A stretch of DNA of 32,000 nt from Staphylothermus hellenicus DSM 12710 (GTDB taxonomy: Archaea > Thermoproteota > Thermoprotei_A > Sulfolobales > Desulfurococcaceae), in the NCBI RefSeq assembly GCF_000092465.1, contig NC_014205.1, forward strand, positions 840,001 through 872,000, in the 5' to 3' direction. Position numbers and translations under genes: made by a program. The notes beneath the pieces are model-generated. The model ran no database searches, was not told the DNA's origin, and saw only the letters and a program-made list of their open reading frames with translations. The stretch's first letter is position 1. Every line of letters starts with the position of its first letter. Of this stretch, positions 26,314 through 32,000 are shown in pieces.

Positions 26314-27129
26314 ATGCCCTTACACTTAATGTTTAGTTTTGATGATGGCCTTAAAACTGATGTTGCTTTAGCCAAACTCCTTGAGAAATATGGGCTTAAA
26401 GCCACATTCTTCGTCACAGCTGGTAAGGTTGATAGAGGCTTTGTATGGCTTTCAAGAGAAGATGTTTATTGGCTTTCCGATGTTCATGAAATTGGATCCC
26501 ATACTCTAAGTCATCCCAACCTCGTTAAACTTCCGGAAGGGAAGCTGATAAGAGAGCTTAGGGATTCGAAACTGTTGTTAGAACAGGTCATTGATAAGAG
26601 AATCTCAGGTTTAGCTTATCCTTATGGAATCTTTAATGAACATGTTAAGAAATATGTAATGAGGGCTGGCTATAAATATGCTAGGTCCACGAATGCTTAT
26701 TGGATAGGTGTTAACGGGTTTATAGGGGATCCTTACTCCCTACGTGTTACTCTCCCACTTTACCCGTTAAAGCTTATAGGCTCTATACAAGATATCGTGA
26801 ACAAACTTCGCCCCATCTTTTTCAGGGCATACCTAAGCATGCATTCTAGCGATATTAAGAGCTTTCTCACCAGCATGATTAGAAGGGGCTACCTGGATAC
26901 ATTTGCGTTTGTCAAAAACATAATATCTGTGTTGATTGAACAGTCTAGACGCAGTAAAACGCATTACGTGATTAGTTTATGGGGTCATTCGTGGGAGATA
27001 ATGCTAGATAAAGATGCTAGGCTAAAATTTGAGGATCTTTTAGCCTTTATATCTTCTCTAAGTAGAAGTGTTGAAGTATTAACAATTAGGGAGGTTATTG
27101 AGAGAGCTAGTAAGGTGGGCTTCGAATGA
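26314..27129 (+). CDS. Polysaccharide deacetylase (CE4 / NodB homology domain) with a C-terminal extension
   Basis: Motifs FSFDDGLKTD (TFDDG-type motif 1) and GSHTLSHPNL (H-S/T-x-x-H motif 2). Confidence 0.82.
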   Translation: MPLHLMFSFDDGLKTDVALAKLLEKYGLKATFFVTAGKVDRGFVWLSREDVYWLSDVHEIGSHTLSHPNLVKLPEGKLIRELRDSKLLLEQVIDKRISGLAYPYGIFNEHVKKYVMRAGYKYARSTNAYWIGVNGFIGDPYSLRVTLPLYPLKLIGSIQDIVNKLRPIFFRAYLSMHSSDIKSFLTSMIRRGYLDTFAFVKNIISVLIEQSRRSKTHYVISLWGHSWEIMLDKDARLKFEDLLAFISSLSRSVEVLTIREVIERASKVGFE

Positions 27130-28445
27130 GCTTGAGAGTGTTGGTGATTTATAGTGGTAGGCTGGGGATCGGTGGTGCTAACGTGTTTCTCCAAGACCTT
27201 TTAGAGGAACTCAGTAAAATAACTAAGGCACAATTCTACCTAGCAAGTATATATCTGCGGAATGGTATATTACGGCTTGAGCTAGGCGTAGCGAAAAATA
27301 GAATTTTCTACAAGTACGTGACTAAAGCTTACAGTACTCTACATGTTAACGGTCTTAATACTGCTTTGGAACGTGTTTCCAAGTTTATGGAAGTATTCGT
27401 TGAATTATTGAAGCCTAACCTGATGCTAGTGAACTCCGTCGAGCCAGTTGTTCTTGCTATAATTGAAAAGGTTATGGATAAATGCCATAAGTCATATATT
27501 ATTGTTCATGATGGAGGCTTCTTCTGCCCGCTTAAACACATGTGGGATCCCATTAAAGGCAGGCCCTGTAACATGCCATGCCTAGCTCTCGAAGAGCCCC
27601 CGAAGTATTGTGTAGCAGCCGAAGTATTGCTTAAGATTGGGTACATTCAGCCACTGTTTAACCCCCTTAGGCCTAAGCTTCTAAAACCTGCTAAGAAAAT
27701 CAGTGTTAGTAAAGACCTACAAGGGGTATGGGAGATAGCTAGGACCGTTCTAAAGCATTCAACCGTGATCGTCCCTTCAAAGTTTATGGCCTCCCTAATT
27801 AAACGCTTTGCTAATATAGACGCTACTATCATTAGACATGGAGCCCCAGCAGAGCTATTCGCTTTAGCCCGAGAGCCTAGGAGAGCTGGTCGTGTTAGGG
27901 TTGGGTTTATTGGAGACATCTCCCTTCACAAGGGAGTACATGTGTTGCTTGAGGCCATAGATCTTATTAGAAGACATAGGAGAGATTTAGCTCGTTCTGT
28001 AGCATTTTACATTGCTGGAAAGGTGCACAATCTAAGCAGTGTATCCGTAAAAATTATTAGCAAATATAAGCATTTATTAAGAAGACATGTTCATATCTTG
28101 GGCTTTGTTAGATCTAGAACAAGTATTTACAGGTTGCTTGATGCAGTTGTCCTCCCATCTATATGCCATGAAAATGCTCCTTTAACGGTTATTGAGGGCA
28201 TTGCCTCGGGTAGGCATATTATCGCATCAAATGTTGGTGGCGTACCAGAATATTTAGGCACCTATCCAAGAGGTTTACTTGTAAAGCCAGGTGATCCATA
28301 TGCTTTGGCTGAGGCATTAGAGCATGCTGTAGAGAAAGTTGTTAATGTCAAGAACCCTTCAGAAGCTCTTGATACATATAGGTATGTAAACACAATTAGC
28401 GATGTTGCCGCGAGATACGCTCACTTACTCCTGGGTGATAGATAG
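27126..28445 (+). CDS. GT4 glycosyltransferase with a Cys-rich insertion in the N-domain
   Basis: C-domain motifs VRVGFIGDISLHKGVHVLLEAI and VVLPSICHENAPLTVIEGIASGRHIIASNVGGVPEYL. ATGA overlap with the deacetylase. Confidence 0.85.
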   Translation: MSLRVLVIYSGRLGIGGANVFLQDLLEELSKITKAQFYLASIYLRNGILRLELGVAKNRIFYKYVTKAYSTLHVNGLNTALERVSKFMEVFVELLKPNLMLVNSVEPVVLAIIEKVMDKCHKSYIIVHDGGFFCPLKHMWDPIKGRPCNMPCLALEEPPKYCVAAEVLLKIGYIQPLFNPLRPKLLKPAKKISVSKDLQGVWEIARTVLKHSTVIVPSKFMASLIKRFANIDATIIRHGAPAELFALAREPRRAGRVRVGFIGDISLHKGVHVLLEAIDLIRRHRRDLARSVAFYIAGKVHNLSSVSVKIISKYKHLLRRHVHILGFVRSRTSIYRLLDAVVLPSICHENAPLTVIEGIASGRHIIASNVGGVPEYLGTYPRGLLVKPGDPYALAEALEHAVEKVVNVKNPSEALDTYRYVNTISDVAARYAHLLLGDR

Positions 28446-28446
28446 G

Positions 28447-29469
28447 ATGTTGGATGAGGAGATCTCTGTAGTCGTGGTCACCTATAACTCTAGTAGTTAT
28501 ATCATCCCATGTCTGAAGTCTATTCTTAATTCTCGGAATACGGCCTTAAAGGAAGTAATTATTATCGACAACAATAGTGCCGATAACACCTTAGGGCTTG
28601 TTAAGAAACACTTTGGCAACGACCCCAGAGTTAAGGTCGTCAGTCTACATAGGAATATGGGTTTTCCTTACGCGTGTAATGTTGGTGTTCGGCTCGCTCG
28701 CAGCAGGTATGTTGTGTTGATGAATCCTGATGTGGTTGTTGACCCCTATTGTTTCGCTAGGCTTGCCGAGTTTTTGTCTCGGAATAGTGATGTTGTTGCT
28801 GTTCAGCCTAAGCTCCTGCACCCTGCTGGGTATATTGATGGTGTTGGCGGTGTTATGGATGTTCTCGGCCATGGCTTCCACTTGGGGATGTATGAGAAAG
28901 ATACTGGGCAGTATGAGAGGCCTAGGGAAATACTTTATGCTTGTTTTGCCTGCGCTATGGTTAAGCGTGATGTATATTTAAGGCTTGGGGGAATGGATCC
29001 AAGATTTTTCCTTTACAGTGAGGACTTGGATTTTGGTTGGAGATGTTGGCTTGCTGGGTATCGTGTGATGTATGTTCCAGGTGCTATTGCTTACCATGTT
29101 GGACAACATGCTACTAAGAAATTACCGTATCATGCAATCTATTTTGGGCGGAGGAATAGATTGTACACCGTATTTACTAATTACCCTCTTTTCCTAGGCA
29201 TTATTGCTTCCATTATTCTCCTAGCACTCTATATTGGACTTGGATTTTACTCTATGATTATAGTCAGAGATAAAGTGGAGGCAAGACTTGTATTAAGAAT
29301 TATAGTAAAGTTTTTGAAAGATCTAAAATACTTAGTAATGAAGAGGAAACGTATAATTAGGAGGAGAAGCTTCCTGGAATTTATCAGAAAAAGCTTGATC
29401 AGTACACAACTCGTTGGTTTAAAACTCTATCTAGCCAAGCTTTATAGAAAACAGTTAGCGATGGAATAA
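28447..29469 (+). CDS. GT2 glycosyltransferase (rhamnosyltransferase-like, GT2 subfamily with C-terminal TM)
   Basis: Motifs ISVVVVTYNSSSYI, IIDNNSADNT, NMGFPYACNVG, LMNPDVVV and LYSEDLDFGWR. The ORF is open from 28402, but the ATG at 28447 lies 1 nt after the upstream stop and directly precedes the conserved N-terminus. Confidence 0.88.
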   Translation: MLDEEISVVVVTYNSSSYIIPCLKSILNSRNTALKEVIIIDNNSADNTLGLVKKHFGNDPRVKVVSLHRNMGFPYACNVGVRLARSRYVVLMNPDVVVDPYCFARLAEFLSRNSDVVAVQPKLLHPAGYIDGVGGVMDVLGHGFHLGMYEKDTGQYERPREILYACFACAMVKRDVYLRLGGMDPRFFLYSEDLDFGWRCWLAGYRVMYVPGAIAYHVGQHATKKLPYHAIYFGRRNRLYTVFTNYPLFLGIIASIILLALYIGLGFYSMIIVRDKVEARLVLRIIVKFLKDLKYLVMKRKRIIRRRSFLEFIRKSLISTQLVGLKLYLAKLYRKQLAME

Positions 29470-29580
29470 TGGTCTCTAAGCCTTTCTAATCCCTGTCATA
29501 AAACAAGTCAGTATTATGATATCATAGTTTCTCCATTGTAAGCTTATTTCTATAACATCTATTCACTAGGCCCTTGCTAA

Positions 29581-29853
29581 CTATTCCTCTCTAAACATTT
29601 TCATTGCATGGTCTGTGTTGTAGAATTCTGTTTTAAGAATATTTTTAGCCTTACTGGTGTCTAGGCTTGAGTCTCTAGGCCTCCTCGCCATCCATTTTTT
29701 CATTTCTTTAATGTTTGTTTTTTCGATTAGGTTTTTTGGTAGGTTTAATGTTCTAGCTATTTTTAATGCGAACTCGTAGCGGTTCATTCGCTCCCCGGCT
29801 ACATGTGGTGCTCCTATTGGTCTTAGATCTATGATTTCCTTTACTGTTTTTTG
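29581..29853 (-). pseudogene. C-terminal fragment of a dTDP-4-dehydrorhamnose reductase (RmlD) paralogue, inverted relative to the cluster
   Basis: The minus-strand reading ...IIDLRPIGAPHVAGERMNRYEFALKIARTLNLPKNLIEKTNIKEMKKWMARRPRDSSLDTSKAKNIL... aligns with the C-terminus of the intact RmlD at 30571 (LELRPEYGVYHMVNEGYCSWYELAKTVFEIIG...LVARRPLFSALENRRLHKLG). A stop lies at 29854-29856 and no Rossmann domain sits upstream. Confidence 0.65.
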
Positions 29854-29963
29854 CTAGTAGCGTGTTTAGTGTTGACGATACATACTGGTTTAGTTAGTGC
29901 TTTGATCAATTATCTTTCAGGTTATGGGGTTTAATACCGGAATCTTTTATATGTGTCGCGTTC

Positions 29964-29973
29964 TTATATTATA
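29964..29973 (+). promoter_or_regulatory. TATA-like box upstream of rmlC
   Basis: TTATATTATA lies about 32-40 nt upstream of the TTG start at 30005, in an otherwise non-coding spacer. Confidence 0.3.
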
Positions 29974-30004
29974 GCGAGCTAGGTTTTGCTCTTGGTGGTA
30001 GGCT

Positions 30005-30562
30005 TTGCCGTTTGAGTTTAGGAGAATGGATATCCCGGATGTGGTGCTTATTATACCTAAGGTTTTTGAGGATGAGCGTGGCTTCTTTATGGAGACTTAT
30101 AAGAAGCCTGACTTTGAGAGGGCTGGGATTAGGGGTAACTTTGTCCAGGATAATCATTCTAGGTCTAGATATGGTGTTTTAAGGGGGCTACACTTTCAGA
30201 GGGAGCCTTATGCTCAGGCTAAGATAGTTAGGTGTGTGAGGGGAGTTATATATGATGTTGCCGTGGATCTGCGTAGGAATTCGAAGACGTTTGGTAAATA
30301 TGTTGGTGTAATTCTGTCAGAGTTTAATAAGTATATGCTCTATATTCCGAGGGGGTTTGCACATGGATTCCTAGTATTGAGTGAGGAGGCTGAGGTGATC
30401 TATAAGGTAGATAACCTATATGCACCTGAATATGAGGCTGGGTTAATATGGAATGACCCTGATGTAGGTATTAAATGGCCTATAGAAGAACCTATATTAT
30501 CTGAGAAGGATAAGAAGTGGCCGACGCTACGAGAACTAGTTGAGAAAAACCTTGTCTTCTAG
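30005..30562 (+). CDS. rmlC: dTDP-4-dehydrorhamnose 3,5-epimerase
   Basis: Motifs FEDERGFFMETY, LRGLHFQ, KIVRCVRGVIYDVAVDLR and IPRGFAHGF. TTG start; an alternative ATG lies at 30026. Confidence 0.93.
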   Translation: MPFEFRRMDIPDVVLIIPKVFEDERGFFMETYKKPDFERAGIRGNFVQDNHSRSRYGVLRGLHFQREPYAQAKIVRCVRGVIYDVAVDLRRNSKTFGKYVGVILSEFNKYMLYIPRGFAHGFLVLSEEAEVIYKVDNLYAPEYEAGLIWNDPDVGIKWPIEEPILSEKDKKWPTLRELVEKNLVF

Positions 30563-30570
30563 GTGATTGT

Positions 30571-31425
30571 ATGAGGGTGGCTGTTATAGGTGCTTCAGGC
30601 CAGCTGGGAAGCGATATAGTATTTGTTTTAGGAGATGATGCAATACCGCTTACACACCAGGATGTAGATGTAACTGATGCTAGTAGCCTAGACGTTATCA
30701 GGGATTTAAAGCCTGATGTAATAGTAAACACAGCTGCCTATCATAAGGTGGATGAATGCGAGTTAAACCCTCTTAAAACATTTAATGTTAACTCTGTAGG
30801 CGCGTTGAATGTAGCTAAGATTGCTAATGAGGTAGACGCTATAAACATCTACATAAGCACCGACTTTGTGTTTGATGGTAAGAAGGGTAGGCCATATAAT
30901 GAGGATGACCAGCCTAATCCAGTAAATGTGTATGGTCTAAGTAAGTATATTGGAGAGATTGTTACAAGGAATTATTCGAGGAAATACTATATAATCAGGC
31001 TTGCCAGCCTATTCGGGGTTAAGGGTGCGCGGGGGAAGGGTGGGAATTTTATCGACAAGATCACTGAGAAAGCAAGGAGGGGGGAGCCTATCAGAGTAGT
31101 TGATGACATGATTATGAGTCCGACTTATACTAAGGATGTTGCTAGGATGTTGAAGAAGCTACTGGAATTAAGGCCTGAATACGGGGTCTACCACATGGTG
31201 AATGAAGGTTACTGTAGCTGGTATGAGCTTGCTAAAACTGTTTTCGAAATCATAGGATGGGATGCGGATATTAAACCCATTAAGACCCGTGATTTGAACT
31301 TAGTGGCTAGAAGACCCTTGTTCTCGGCTCTAGAGAACAGGAGGTTGCATAAGCTAGGGTTTAGGATGAGGCCGTGGAGGGAGGCCTTGAAGGAGTACTT
31401 GGTTGAGAGGGGTCTAGTCAAGTAG
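30571..31425 (+). CDS. rmlD: dTDP-4-dehydrorhamnose reductase
   Basis: Motifs MRVAVIGASGQLGSD, NTAAYHKVDECE, STDFVFDG, YGLSKYIGE and ARRPLFSALEN. Confidence 0.92.
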   Translation: MRVAVIGASGQLGSDIVFVLGDDAIPLTHQDVDVTDASSLDVIRDLKPDVIVNTAAYHKVDECELNPLKTFNVNSVGALNVAKIANEVDAINIYISTDFVFDGKKGRPYNEDDQPNPVNVYGLSKYIGEIVTRNYSRKYYIIRLASLFGVKGARGKGGNFIDKITEKARRGEPIRVVDDMIMSPTYTKDVARMLKKLLELRPEYGVYHMVNEGYCSWYELAKTVFEIIGWDADIKPIKTRDLNLVARRPLFSALENRRLHKLGFRMRPWREALKEYLVERGLVK

Positions 31426-31443
31426 TTTCATGGGGTGTATGTC

Positions 31444-32000
31444 TTGAGGGTGCTGGTTACTGGGGGAGCAGGCTATATTGGGTCGGTATTGGTTAGGCTC
31501 TTGCTTGAAAGGGGGTATGATGTTGTAATCCTAGATAGATTGTTCTTTGGAAGAGATTCGATAAGGGATATAGAAGATAGAGTTAAGATTGTTAAGGATG
31601 ATATAAGATGGTTTGATCCATGGATTCTAGAGGGGGTTGATGCGGTATTTGACTTAGCTGCCCTATCCAACGATCCTTCTGGAGAGCTTGATCCCGAGAA
31701 AACCCTGGAGATAAATTATAGGGGTAGGGTTCGTGTGGCTAACTTATCGAAGAAGCACGGTGTATCTAAGTATGTTTTGGCAAGTAGTTGTAGTGTGTAT
31801 GGATTCCAGCCAGGTATTTTGAATGAGAATTCTAGTGTTAATCCGCTAACTACGTATGCTAAGGCAAACTATATGGCGGAAAGAGAGGTTATACCGCTAG
31901 GGGATAGGAAGTTCACGGTAACTGTTCTAAGACAGGCTACTGTGTATGGATATAGTTATAGGATGAGGTTTGATCTAGCGGTTAATGGGATGGTGAGGAG
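31444..32000 (+). CDS. NAD-dependent epimerase/dehydratase (extended SDR), 5' partial; runs off the window
   Basis: An open frame, not listed in the ORF track, runs to the window end: (L)RVLVTGGAGYIGSVLVRLLLERGYDVVILD...ASSCSVYG...TTYAKANYMAE. Candidate starts are GTG 31435, TTG 31444 and GTG 31450. Confidence 0.8.
   Translation, partial: MRVLVTGGAGYIGSVLVRLLLERGYDVVILDRLFFGRDSIRDIEDRVKIVKDDIRWFDPWILEGVDAVFDLAALSNDPSGELDPEKTLEINYRGRVRVANLSKKHGVSKYVLASSCSVYGFQPGILNENSSVNPLTTYAKANYMAEREVIPLGDRKFTVTVLRQATVYGYSYRMRFDLAVNGMVR

Noticed and set aside
10693-31670. Antisense ORFs 10693-11013, 11533-11724, 13670-13972, 18997-19320, 19166-19360, 25095-25280, 26985-27194, 27647-27919, 28645-28881, 29969-30157, 30492-30731, 31209-31421 and 31473-31670, plus the same-strand alternate-frame ORF 28730-28981
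   Set aside because: Each is nested in, or overlaps, a motif-supported plus-strand gene (GT2, GT4, phosphodiesterase, deacetylase, RmlC, RmlD, SDR). I saw no independent evidence for any of them.
1-32000. CRISPR arrays, rRNA/tRNA genes, and IS elements/transposases
   Set aside because: I saw no regularly spaced direct repeats of 24-37 nt, no structured-RNA signatures and no ORF with DDE/HUH/integrase motifs. The only repeats are the paralogous gene ends and the 14-nt promoter duplication described above.

Overview
This is a compact, AT-rich prokaryotic segment. AGA/AGG/ATA codon usage, TATA-like boxes about 25-35 nt upstream of start codons, and many overlapping start/stop codons look archaeal and most resemble a crenarchaeal (Thermoprotei-type) chromosome; that assignment is inference from sequence style only. 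There are two parts. (1) Positions 73-6108, minus strand, hold a six-gene translationally coupled operon: two small membrane proteins, a 625-aa sequon-rich surface protein with a DUF4129-like tail, a DUF4350-like protein, a MoxR AAA+ ATPase and a DUF58 protein. This is a conserved membrane module with no known function. (2) Positions 6135-32000 hold a roughly 26-kb surface-glycan / protein-glycosylation island. It contains three GT2 and five intact GT4-type glycosyltransferases, a MOP-type flippase, and a 538-aa polytopic Wzy/GT-C-like protein. It also contains two methyltransferases (class I SAM and FkbM), two extended-SDR epimerases/dehydratases (one partial at the right edge), a CE4 deacetylase, two alkaline-phosphatase-superfamily enzymes, and rmlC-rmlD. 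The island is visibly mosaic. I count at least seven gene remnants: a decayed nucleotidyltransferase, a GT4 mini-gene, a GT2 C-terminal fragment with TGG->TGA, an orphan GT4 C-terminus, a truncated GT4, a phosphodiesterase N-terminal stub and an inverted RmlD C-terminus. Co-oriented genes use sharply different synonymous-codon dialects. A 1.5-kb interruption carries an orphan winged-helix/coiled-coil protein followed by about 0.5 kb without ORFs. I found no rRNA, tRNA, CRISPR array, transposase or integrase. Coordinates I derived by hand (remnants, motifs) may be off by 1-2 nt.
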